A stretch of 64,000 bases of DNA, from positions 1 to 64,000 of the forward strand of contig CAWJEN010000001.1 of the NCBI GenBank assembly GCA_963841915.1, in the 5' to 3' direction. Below, piece by piece: positions 52,797-62,352 of the stretch. A program made the translations under genes and the position numbers. Source of the DNA: an uncultured Planctomycetota bacterium. Its GTDB lineage: Bacteria > Planctomycetota > Phycisphaerae > Tepidisphaerales > Tepidisphaeraceae. A model generated the notes under the pieces. It was given only the letters and a program-made list of their open reading frames with translations, made no database searches and was not told where the DNA came from. Position 1 is the first letter of the stretch. Every line of letters starts with the position of its first letter.

Positions 52797-53765
52797 ATGA
52801 CGCTCGCCGAACCCACGCAAGCCGCCGCACGCTCGACCGACGCGCTCCCGCAGGGAACGTGGCCGGTGATGCTCACCCCGTTCACCCAGAGCGGCGACGT
52901 CGATCATGACGGGCTGGCGGCGCTGGTCGAGTGGTACCTCGAAGGCGGCGCGGCCGGCCTTTTCGCGTTGTGCCTGTCGAGCGAATCTTTCGAGCTCAAG
53001 CCGGCCGAAAAGGCGGCCGTGCTGGCGACGGTGGTGCGTTGCAACGACGACCGCGTGCCGATCGTTGCCGGCACCCTCGGCGGCCCCAGCTCTCAAGATG
53101 CACGGGCGTTTCGCGATCACGTCAACGCAATTCTTGACGCCGGCGTGGTGTCCGTCGTCCTGAGCACGTCCGAGATCTGCGTTGAGGGCGTGGACGAGGA
53201 GGCCTTCATCGAGCAGTTGGAGCGCACCTTCGAACTCGTGCCCAACGCGAACTTCGGCCTCTACGAATGCCCGAAGCCTTACAAGCGCCTGATCGGCCCC
53301 GAGGCGGAGCGATGGGCGGGGGCATCGGGTCGCGTGTCGTTCGTGAAGGACACGTGCTGCGACCGCGACATGATCCTGCGGCGTCGCGACGCGTGGGGCG
53401 GCACGCCAGTGCAGCACTTCGACGCCTTCGCGCCCAACCTCCTTTTCTCAATGCAGAATGGTGCCGACGGCTACAGCGGCATCGGGAGCAACCTGTTCAC
53501 GCCGCTGACGTCGTGGCTTTGCGATCATTTTGCCGCGCAGCCCGAACTCGCGGATCGCGTGCAGGCGTTCCTGACGAAGACAAAGGCGGACGTGAACCAC
53601 CGCTACCCGACCGCCGCGAAGGCGTACCTGCGCGACCATGCTGGCCTGCCGATCGGCGTCGGGTCGAGGATGTCGCCGTGCGACCTTGATGGTGCCGACC
53701 TCGACCTCCTCGCGCGCCTGGCAAGCGAGGCGAAGGACCTCGAGGTCGCGTGCGGCTTGCGATAG
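52797..53765 (+). CDS. DHDPS-family aldolase/lyase, atypical subfamily
   Basis: PVMLTPF, LCLSSE in place of GTTGE, YECP, Lys in VKDTC. Confidence 0.8.
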   Translation: MTLAEPTQAAARSTDALPQGTWPVMLTPFTQSGDVDHDGLAALVEWYLEGGAAGLFALCLSSESFELKPAEKAAVLATVVRCNDDRVPIVAGTLGGPSSQDARAFRDHVNAILDAGVVSVVLSTSEICVEGVDEEAFIEQLERTFELVPNANFGLYECPKPYKRLIGPEAERWAGASGRVSFVKDTCCDRDMILRRRDAWGGTPVQHFDAFAPNLLFSMQNGADGYSGIGSNLFTPLTSWLCDHFAAQPELADRVQAFLTKTKADVNHRYPTAAKAYLRDHAGLPIGVGSRMSPCDLDGADLDLLARLASEAKDLEVACGLR

Positions 53766-53875
53766 CCTGGCCATCCCAAGGAGGATGAGTGAGATGAGCC
53801 CGCCCGTGTCGCGACGCGACTCGGGCGGGCTCGTAGGAGATCGCCGGCGAAAAGGCTTGACCGTCGCCCGATCCG

Positions 53876-54703
53876 CTACTGAAACCAGAACGGTCGGCCG
53901 AGGCGGAGAGGATTCGCATAACCAACGACGTCCGGCTCGAAGGCGTCTGTACCGTTGATGAGGATGCCGAGGTTCCGCGAGGTGTCCTCTTCCGCCAGCA
54001 CCGACTCACCGTGCCCGTCGGCGAACGCGAAGTTGCGTCGATTCTCGTGGGCCTTGCGAATCTCGCTACCGTCGGCATAGCGGGCCCAGCCACTCCAAGC
54101 GCTCTGGGCGATCGTGAACTGCCCGATCGGCGAGTTGTAACCCGCGGCCGCCGGCGGTGCGTAGGGACGGACGATGGACGCGGTCCGCTCCGTGTCGTCT
54201 TCGCCGAACGCGGCGACGGTGCTCGACTGCGGGATCTGCTTGACGCCGAACTGCGTGATCATGCCGTTGGCGAAGTACGAGAGGCGCTTGTCCTGATCGT
54301 TGAGGTCGCCGCGGATGCTGTGGATGGTCGGGCAGTAGAGCCAGCCTTTCGTCGTCTCCATCTCGGTGTACTCGAGCAGGTGTCGCGCCCAGCTCGTCGC
54401 GGTCGTCGTCGGGAAGAGCGCGTCGCTGACCCCAGGACTCGACGCTCCTTGGTACGGGAAGTTCCCCTGGTTCTCAGCCATGTAGCCGGTCGCGGCGACC
54501 ATCATCTGCCGCAGGTTGCTCATGCAGGCGATCCGCTTCGACGACTCGCGGGCCCGATTGAGCGTCGGCAGCAGAATCGAGATGAGGAGCGCGATGATCC
54601 CGATGACCACCAGCAGTTCGACGAGCGTAAAGCCTCGTCGAGCCGGACGGGATCGCACGCTCGCTTGGAATGGGTGGCAACTCTGGTTCTTATCAACTTT
54701 CAT
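53876..54703 (-). CDS. Prepilin-type N-terminal cleavage/methylation protein with H-X9-DG motif
   Basis: [26 protein letters not shown], exact [21 protein letters not shown]. Confidence 0.9.
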   Translation of the reverse strand: MKVDKNQSCHPFQASVRSRPARRGFTLVELLVVIGIIALLISILLPTLNRARESSKRIACMSNLRQMMVAATGYMAENQGNFPYQGASSPGVSDALFPTTTATSWARHLLEYTEMETTKGWLYCPTIHSIRGDLNDQDKRLSYFANGMITQFGVKQIPQSSTVAAFGEDDTERTASIVRPYAPPAAAGYNSPIGQFTIAQSAWSGWARYADGSEIRKAHENRRNFAFADGHGESVLAEEDTSRNLGILINGTDAFEPDVVGYANPLRLGRPFWFQ

Positions 54704-54765
54704 CGAAAATCCTCCTCAATATGCGTTCGATTGAGCGATCCCTCTCCGCCCACTCCCGCCGCGCG

Positions 54766-55623
54766 TCAATCCGACGCGGCTGGAAGCACCGCGGCGGCGG
54801 AAGCACCGACGCGAATCTCGTCGACGTCGAAGGCGAACGGGGTCGCGCTCGTGGCGAGCATCATCGAGAGCTTGTCGCCCTCGGCGAGCACGTCGACGAC
54901 GTTGGTCGTGTCGACCGCCTGGAGCATCGCAGACTCGTCGAGCTCCTGCTCGGTGATGCCGCCGTCCTTGATGTCGTCGTACGCCGAGGCAGACAACACC
55001 CAGCTTGTCCCCGTCCCGCCTTTAAGTCCGAGGTCGGTGAAGCGGGAGACGATGAGGTAGCTATCGCCGTCTTGCAAGCTCGCATCGTCAGACTCGGCCT
55101 TGGCGGCCTTGCCGGTGAACTTCCCGTCATACCGCACGGCCACGCCGTCGCCGCCCGTGTACTTGGCGTCGGTGCTAAGCTTCACGCTGCCGTCGCTGAA
55201 CGACAGCGATGCCGCCCGGCTGCGACGGGCCGCGCCGCCGTCCTTCCGCTGGTAGAGGTAGCTCACCCAGAGATCGCCGGAGGTGGCCGAAACGCCGACG
55301 TCGCGACTCGCATCCACTTGGTCGAAGTCATCCTGCTCTGTGAGTTCAAGCGACAGGCGATTGCCGCTGACCGGAAAGTCGCTGAAGGCGATGCTGCCTT
55401 CGCTGACCGTCGCTGTGCCGGTCGCGCCGTCGCTCACGGTCACCAGCCAGGGCGACGCGAAGCCTTCGCCGCCGTCCATCGCCGCGAGGTCGCCCACGTC
55501 GTAGGTGAAGGATTCGCTCAGCAACATGCCCTCCTGCGCCGACGCGATCGCCGACGGCACGAGCAGGCAGGCGGCAAGCAGGGCGGCTTGAACGGGACGA
55601 TTTAGACAGTTCGGCGGCAACAT
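54766..55623 (-). CDS. Secreted homolog of the PEP-CTERM protein at 48721, lacking the anchor
   Basis: Shares LLSESF.Y, GSIAFSD...SGN.L, YD.I.DGGITE.ELD, DE.R.G; ends VLPAASD. Confidence 0.85.
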   Translation of the reverse strand: MLPPNCLNRPVQAALLAACLLVPSAIASAQEGMLLSESFTYDVGDLAAMDGGEGFASPWLVTVSDGATGTATVSEGSIAFSDFPVSGNRLSLELTEQDDFDQVDASRDVGVSATSGDLWVSYLYQRKDGGAARRSRAASLSFSDGSVKLSTDAKYTGGDGVAVRYDGKFTGKAAKAESDDASLQDGDSYLIVSRFTDLGLKGGTGTSWVLSASAYDDIKDGGITEQELDESAMLQAVDTTNVVDVLAEGDKLSMMLATSATPFAFDVDEIRVGASAAAVLPAASD

Positions 55624-55822
55624 TGGTCTCCTCGACTGGGCTCACTCGGCGACGGCTCCCGTCGTCACTCCTCACCGCCAAGAGTACCAGCAGGCGGTCC
55701 CGCGTAGAACCGACCTCGGCAGGCGTCGTCGCAACATCAGGCGGCTGCAAAGCGACGCATTGCAGCAGAAAACGATCATTTCCAGAACGTCGTCCAAGGA
55801 TGTTGCAAAGAATGAGTCGCGC

Positions 55823-56845
55823 TCAAGGCTCAACCAACTGTGCGTTGAGCGCTAGCGATCGGCGTGGCGGCCTGCCCGGTCGCGTTATTGCCGCCATCAG
55901 CATCTCGACGGCACAGCGACCTACGACCTCCTCCGCCAAGTCGATCGTCGCCGGCCGCGGGTCGAGTCCGGCTAGATAAGGTTCCTCGCACCCGCACGAA
56001 ACGATCGGCAACTGCTCCATCGGCCTAACGCCGCGCCGCTGAAGCAGTGGGTACAGCGACGCCGTGTACAGATCGCTTGGAACGAACAACCCGCCGAGCG
56101 GCTGTCGTGCCGCAAGCGCTTTGGCCACGGCGTCGGCGACCGGCGTGAGCATGCGCGTCAGCGTCTCGCCCCGCCGAGGCGCGCCTGCCGGGCGCGGCAG
56201 GGCATTGAATGCGAGGCATGTCCGCCCAGCGTCCTCCACCGCGAGCGAGAACGTGTGCGTTCGGCGCTGCAGCGCGATCTCGCGCGACCCGAACGAAACA
56301 TAGCCGATGGGCCCACGGCTCTGCTTCAACAGGTACTCGGCGGCCAGGTCGCCCGTCGCCTCGTTGCCGAGCATCACGCGCGAGCGGTCCTCGTGCTGCG
56401 TGCTCGTCAGCCACACCGCCGGCACGCTCGGCAACTTCCGCATCAACTCCGGCGACGGTTCCGAGCCGGCGAGCAGCATCCCGTCGATCATGCCGAGCTG
56501 AACGTTGGGCGGCAGGCGGTTGAGGTGGTTGGCGACGACGAGGTTCAGACCGAGGTCCGCCAGCGCAGCGCCGATGCCGACGAGCAGCTTGACGAACAGG
56601 TGCGGGTGGAACTCGTATCCGCGGTCGAGCATGACGAGCGCGACCTGTCGATGGCGAATCGCGTTGCGACGCGATTTGGCCATGCCCTGCCGCCGGTAGA
56701 TCGGCGGCGGGGCATAGCCGCATCGCTGGATGGCCTCGGTGACGCGTTGCACGGTCGCCAGCGCCGGGCCGGGCTGGCCGTTCATGACGCGCGACACCGT
56801 GGACTTGCTCACCTTCGCCAGCTTCGCCACTTCGTCGAGCGTCAC
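55823..56845 (-). CDS. LacI-family transcriptional regulator
   Basis: TLDEVAKLAKVSKSTVSRVMNG HTH and sugar-binding domain; GTG start at 56845. Confidence 0.9.
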   Translation of the reverse strand: MTLDEVAKLAKVSKSTVSRVMNGQPGPALATVQRVTEAIQRCGYAPPPIYRRQGMAKSRRNAIRHRQVALVMLDRGYEFHPHLFVKLLVGIGAALADLGLNLVVANHLNRLPPNVQLGMIDGMLLAGSEPSPELMRKLPSVPAVWLTSTQHEDRSRVMLGNEATGDLAAEYLLKQSRGPIGYVSFGSREIALQRRTHTFSLAVEDAGRTCLAFNALPRPAGAPRRGETLTRMLTPVADAVAKALAARQPLGGLFVPSDLYTASLYPLLQRRGVRPMEQLPIVSCGCEEPYLAGLDPRPATIDLAEEVVGRCAVEMLMAAITRPGRPPRRSLALNAQLVEP

Positions 56846-56965
56846 GAACGGAGCGTAGCGGGAACTCGCCGCGACCGCCGCTTGACATGCCGCTTGTAAA
56901 CCAGACATGATTGCGGCTCGACGTCACCCTCCAAGACGGCGACCTACCTTCCCCAGGAGCAGCTC

Positions 56966-58516
56966 ATGCGCGGCGTGATCGTGATGTTCGACAGCCTCAA
57001 CCGCCACCTGCTGTCGGCGTACGGGTGCGGCTTCAGCCACACGCCGAACTTCCAACGCCTTGCCCGCCGAACCTGCACGTTCGACACGAGCTACGTCTGC
57101 TCGATGCCCTGCATGCCCGCGCGGCGGGACCTGCACACGGGCAGGCCGAACTTCCTCCATCGCGGGTGGGGCCCGCTCGAGCCGTACGACGTCAGCGTCT
57201 TCGAGGCGCTGCGCCGCGAGGCCGGCGTGCACAGCCACCTCGTCACCGACCACTACCACTACTTCGAGGACGGCGCCGGCGGGACGTACCACAACCGCTA
57301 CTCGACCTACGAGCAGGTCCGCGGCCAGGAGGGCGATCACTGGGCCGGGCGCGTCGGCGACGTCGGCGACCTGCTCCCGAAGAACGGCGGCATCGGACGC
57401 AACGGCGGGGCGTTCGAAGGTGCGGCTGCGGCACGGCAGGACTACGTCAACAGGTCTCGCTGGCGCGACGATGACGCCAAACGCCCCATGACGGAAACCT
57501 TCCGGCTCGGCCGGGAGTTCGTTCGCGAGAACGCGAGCAACGACAACTGGCTGCTGCACGTTGAGACGTTCGACCCACACGAGCCGTTCGACGCGCCGGC
57601 TTGGGCGAAGGACCTCGCCGCCGAGCATTTCGAGAACTATGACGGCTCGGCCTACGACTGGCCCGTTTACGACTACGCGTCGAAGCGCTCGACGCAAGAG
57701 CAACTCGAGCATTTGCGTCAGAATTACCTCGCGTTGCTCGCGGCGTGCGACGCCGAGCTGGGTCGGGTGCTCGACTTGTTCGACGAGCTTTCACTGTGGG
57801 ACGACACGGCGCTCTATGTCTGCACCGATCATGGCTTCTTTCTCGGTGAGCGCGATTGCCTTGGAAAGATGTGGATGCCGTGGTGGGACACGCTGGCGAG
57901 GACACCGTTTTTCGCCCACGACCCCCGTGAGCCCGCGGCGGCGGGGCAGCGACGCAAGAGCCTGGTGCAGCCAATGCTCGATCTCGGGCCGACTCTTTGC
58001 GAATTGTTCGGCGTCGACCCGTCGATCGCACTGCCGGTGGCGACGGGCACCTCGATGCGGCCGACGCTGTCGCGGGACGAGTCGATCCGGGAGGCGGGCC
58101 TGTTCGGCATGTTCGGTCAACAGGTGAACGTGACCGACGGCCGCCACGTCTACATGCGCGCCGGCGACGGCACCGTCCCGCCCGCCTACACGCTGATGCC
58201 GGCCGACATGAAGGAGCCGTTCCCCGTCTCGTCGTTCACTAAAGACAACGGCGTCTCGATGGCCGGCCCCTTCGACTTCACGCAGGAAGCGCAGGTCATG
58301 CGGATCCCGCGGCCGGCGAACTGGCTCGGCAACGACGGCGCCCAGCACCCGGATCGCGCGAGGACGCTGCTCTATGACGTTGAAGTCGACCCCGGCCAAG
58401 AGCGGCCGCTCGACGACCCGCAGGTCGCCTCGCAGATGGAAGCGCACCTGATTCGACTGATGGATGAGGCTGATGCGCCCGCCGAGCAAGCGAGCCGACT
58501 CGGACTTGCAAAGTGA
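56966..58516 (+). CDS. Sulfatase (Cys-type)
   Basis: MFDSL, CMPARR.L.TG, FDPHEP, TDHG; RBS AGGAG; TTGACA at 56882. Confidence 0.9.
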   Translation: MRGVIVMFDSLNRHLLSAYGCGFSHTPNFQRLARRTCTFDTSYVCSMPCMPARRDLHTGRPNFLHRGWGPLEPYDVSVFEALRREAGVHSHLVTDHYHYFEDGAGGTYHNRYSTYEQVRGQEGDHWAGRVGDVGDLLPKNGGIGRNGGAFEGAAAARQDYVNRSRWRDDDAKRPMTETFRLGREFVRENASNDNWLLHVETFDPHEPFDAPAWAKDLAAEHFENYDGSAYDWPVYDYASKRSTQEQLEHLRQNYLALLAACDAELGRVLDLFDELSLWDDTALYVCTDHGFFLGERDCLGKMWMPWWDTLARTPFFAHDPREPAAAGQRRKSLVQPMLDLGPTLCELFGVDPSIALPVATGTSMRPTLSRDESIREAGLFGMFGQQVNVTDGRHVYMRAGDGTVPPAYTLMPADMKEPFPVSSFTKDNGVSMAGPFDFTQEAQVMRIPRPANWLGNDGAQHPDRARTLLYDVEVDPGQERPLDDPQVASQMEAHLIRLMDEADAPAEQASRLGLAK

Positions 58517-58536
58517 ACGCACGACGAGGCACGCCA

Positions 58537-60087
58537 ATGAAAAATCTCATCGAACTGATGACGATCGTCATCGCGGCTGCCGCGTCGCCGGCACTGGCAG
58601 AACTTCGCCTGCCAGCGATCATTAGCGATCACATGATGCTGCAGGCTGACGTGCCGGCGCGGATCTGGGGAGACGCCACACCGGGTGTTCCCGTGACCGT
58701 CTCATTCGCCGGGCAATCCGTTGCCGCAGCAGCGGACGACGAGGGCCGTTGGTCCGTGCAGCTCGGAGAGCTCTCGCCTACGAGCGAGGGGAGCCCGCTC
58801 GTCATCGAAGGTGACGGCGAACGCCTTGAGATCGACGACGTGGTCGTCGGCGAAGTGTGGCTTTGCGGCGGGCAGTCGAACATGGAGTGGCCGGTCGGTC
58901 GCACAACGGATGCCCAGCCGCTTCCACCTGCGTCGGGGCGTCCGACGATGCGCCTGTTCGACGTCGCTTTCGATGCCGCCTGGACGCCCGCGGATGATGT
59001 CGAAAGCTAATGGAAAGTCGCGTCGACCGAGACCATCGAGGATTTTTCTGCCGTCGGATATGGCTTCGGTCTGACGCTCCTCAGCCGCCTCGATCGGCCC
59101 GTCGGCCTCATCGGAAGCAACGTCGGCGGCACACCAGCCGAGGCGTGGCTCCCACGTGACGCAATCCGCGGCAACCCGGCGCTCGAGCGACTAAAGCGGC
59201 GACTCGCCGCACTTGAGGAGGCCCACCCCGATCTCGCCGACATGTTCCCCCGCTATTTTCAGCAGTGGATCGATGAGATCGAGGCGTGGCAGGACGCGGT
59301 CGCCGAATGGCGGAAATTCCCCGCAGCGACCCGTGGACCTCAGCCGCGAAACGAGGGCGGGGCGCCCGTCAAGAAGCAGACGCCAAGCGTGCTTTACGAC
59401 GCGATGATCGCGCCGCTGACGCCTTACGCCATCCGTGGCGCGATCTGGTATCAGGGTAAGGTGAACGCCCGCGTCGGCGAGGAGTATGCAGAGCTTCTGC
59501 CGACGCTGATCCGCAGTTGGCGCGACGCTTGGGGCGAGCCCGATCTGCCGTTCTACTTCGTGCGATTGTCCAACTTCGACACTGGCGACGCCGAGGGGTG
59601 GGCGGCCATCCGCCAAGCGATGCTTGAGGCGTGGCAGGCAATGTCCCACACCGGCATGGCGGTGACGAGCGGCGTCGGCAGCGACCGCAGAATCCATCCG
59701 AAGCAGAAGCGCGTCGTCGCCGAACGCCTTGCTCGCTTCGCGCTGCGTGACACCTAGGGCATTTCGGACGTCGTCGCGGGCGGACCCGTGGCTCGATCCG
59801 CATCTGCCGAGGGTTCAGTCGTACGTATCGCCTTTGACAAGCTTGGCGGCGGACTTGCTCCGGCAGGCGAAACAACTGAAGGATTCGAGCTGTCCGTCGA
59901 TGGCAAGCGATTCAAGTCGACGACGGCACGGGTGGACGGGGACGTGGTCGTCCTCGACAACATGATTGGGTTCACACCGGCGGTGGTGCGTTACGCGTGG
60001 AGTGCCACGCCAATACCAACGCTGCTCAACGCGGAGGGTCTACCTGCGACGCCGGTTCGTCTTCATGTGGAGCAGAGAGTTGGTTAG
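58537..60087 (+). pseudogene. Sialate O-acetylesterase pseudogene
   Basis: One frame with stops TAA 59008-59010 and TAG 59755-59757; GQSNM intact, YQGE changed to YQGK, DIHP to RIHP. Confidence 0.88.
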
Positions 60088-60229
60088 TAGGCAAGGTGGC
60101 GACGCGCGATGCCTAGCCCGAGCGGCTGCTGGAGCGCGAGAGGCACGATTGGCGTCTTCTTCAAGGAACAGCGTACAGAGCAGCTAGCATCGTCGTCACT
60201 CATTAGTTCGCCGCGACTTCCCAGGGTGC

Positions 60230-60404
60230 TTGAATGTTTTCCGGCAGTGACGCTTGCACGGGGGTCGCTAATTGCCGCTTTGAAGACGTCCGGCGTCGCG
60301 CCCTGACGGTTCCGCAGGAGGGCCTTGACCTTCTTCCGTGCCTTCTCGATCGGGTTCAAGTCTGGCGAATACGGCGGTAGGTATGCAACGCTGGCTCCAG
60401 CAGT
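60230..60404 (-). mobile_element. IS630-family transposase C-terminal remnant
   Basis: YLPPYSPDLNPIEKA.KKVK..LR. Confidence 0.8.
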
Positions 60405-60770
60405 GTAAGCCTTCCACCATCGGCCTTTACCGGCTTGGCTGGCTCAACCCGACGAGGTCGGGATGACGTAGCACGAGGCGAACGGGCGGGGCGCCAAGCA
60501 GTGGCGGGCGCTGCTCGACAAGCAGGAGACGTCGGAGTCGTCGATCGCCGAGTTCTGCGGGGAGCGGGACGTGGCGGCGGTAAGCTTCTACCACTACTGG
60601 CGGCTGCTGCGCAGCGGCACGGACTAGGCCGGCGACGCCCGGGGCGAGGAAGTAGCGCCGCGGGTGGTCCGGCTCAAGGCGTTCGAGGCGGACGCCGACG
60701 ACGCGTTCGCCACGCATGCGGTCGAGGCGGAGCTGACCGCGCTGCGGGGAGCCACGCTGCGCAGCAGGGT
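60405..60770 (+). mobile_element. IS66-family left end with TnpA remnant
   Basis: GTAAGC terminus at 60405; QWRALLDKQETS.SSIAEFC.ER.V...SFY pattern, degraded. Confidence 0.6.
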
Positions 60771-62352
60771 TGACGACATTAAGACGCCGATTAACTCAGC
60801 CGCCGTTCCAAACGCCAGACGACTCGCCACGACTTTAGCGACCTGCCGCACCGCATTCGGCAGGTGTTTAAGCTTCTTCCGAGTCATGACGCGGGCATCG
60901 CTCGGCGGCGTTGCATCGGGTGCCGCCTGGCCGACCGGGTGGATCGACACGGGTGTTGCATTCCAAGCTCCACCGGCCGTCTGGCCCCTGATTCAACTCG
61001 AGTTCCGGCCGCTGGATGGCAAACCGAGGTGGCTGCCGAGCCGCTCCACCGTGTCCTCGTTCGCTTCGAGAGTATCCGGCTGGAAAATCACCCGACTCCT
61101 AATGCATTGAGCCGGACGAGCAGCGTGTTCCTGTCGCCGTACTCATCGCGTACTAAAACCTCTGCCCTGACCACCTCATCCGGGTCGGCCGCCTTGGGTG
61201 CTGGACCGCAGCCATCTCTTGGAGCAGGTGCTTTTAAGCCAGCGGTTCCGGCTCGTCGTCCGCCACCGACTTGAGCTTGCTGACCGCAATATGCAGTTAC
61301 GATCCCTCACGAACTTGTCCGCCTCACGTCGTGCCCCGGCGACTGGATCGGCTTGCTCATCAACCGACTATCATGCGCCGGCCAGCCGGTCGCGGCTGCT
61401 CTCTACCCACTCCGGATTGTGGTCGAGGCCCCGTCTTGCCGCCTCGTCGAGATCGTTCATCTGGCTCTTCTGCGACAAGAGCTGCTGGCTGATCTCATCG
61501 GCGAGTTCAATCTGCGCCCGCGTGGCCTCACAGCATCGCTCGGCGGACCTGCGGCGGTACAACTGCTCAACGAGCGAACTGCCCATCAGGAGGATAACTG
61601 GTTCTGCGAGCATGGCTCGACGAGTTGCAATGCCGGGCGTAGGCCGAGCAAGGGACTCTGCGTCCGCACCCCGCGAAGCGGAGCGGCCGGTGACAACGGC
61701 GGCGACCTGCAATCCTGCCGGGCGGAAACGGCCGTCTCTGGAGTACCGCCACCCTCACCGCCCGCGACGCGTCACTCACCTCCCGCTCCGTTGCCCGCAT
61801 GGCGAGAGCGTGTATCAATCAGTTTCGGCGGCTTGGCCATTTCCAGGTCGAGCCAGACATTACTGACGCCGGCCGCAGCGTCAACTTGGCGAGCCTGCCA
61901 TGTGCGTCCGAACGAGTCAGTCATGGACCACGAGCAACCTGATGCAGCCGGCGGTGCGATATCCTCCAATTAACATTGCGGCCGTCGATCTGCCGCAGCC
62001 CGGTCAGCTGCACGGCGGGACAATCTACATTGGGAGAGACGGCATTGATTAGGGTGCCGCTTTCACCGTGTCGCTCCCTCTTCGCACTTGTAGCTGCCGC
62101 CGAGAGGAGGGTTGCAGCGCGAAGCTCGTGCTGGGTCCCCCGCGCAACGTCAACATGTGAGGTCGTCGGTGATACGGCTGCCGCTAGTCCGATTGACGCA
62201 CCGCTCGACGATCGTGCGACGGCAGCAGGGCTCGACCGAAGGTCCACCGTCATCCATGTATAGCGAATCGAATGGCTTCTAAACGAGGCGGATCGAGGAT
62301 AGATGAGCAGCGGGATATCTCGGACGCCTCCATTGCCCACTAGCGTGCCGAC

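Noticed and set aside
37877..59757. Several in-frame TAG codons suggesting stop-codon recoding
   Set aside because: They replace different residues (Trp 37877, Gln 40936, Glu 48068, Tyr 59755), mostly in genes with other lesions, and TAG ends intact genes normally
60780..62340. Short overlapping ORFs on both strands
   Set aside because: No consistent frame or recognisable motif; treated as decayed sequence
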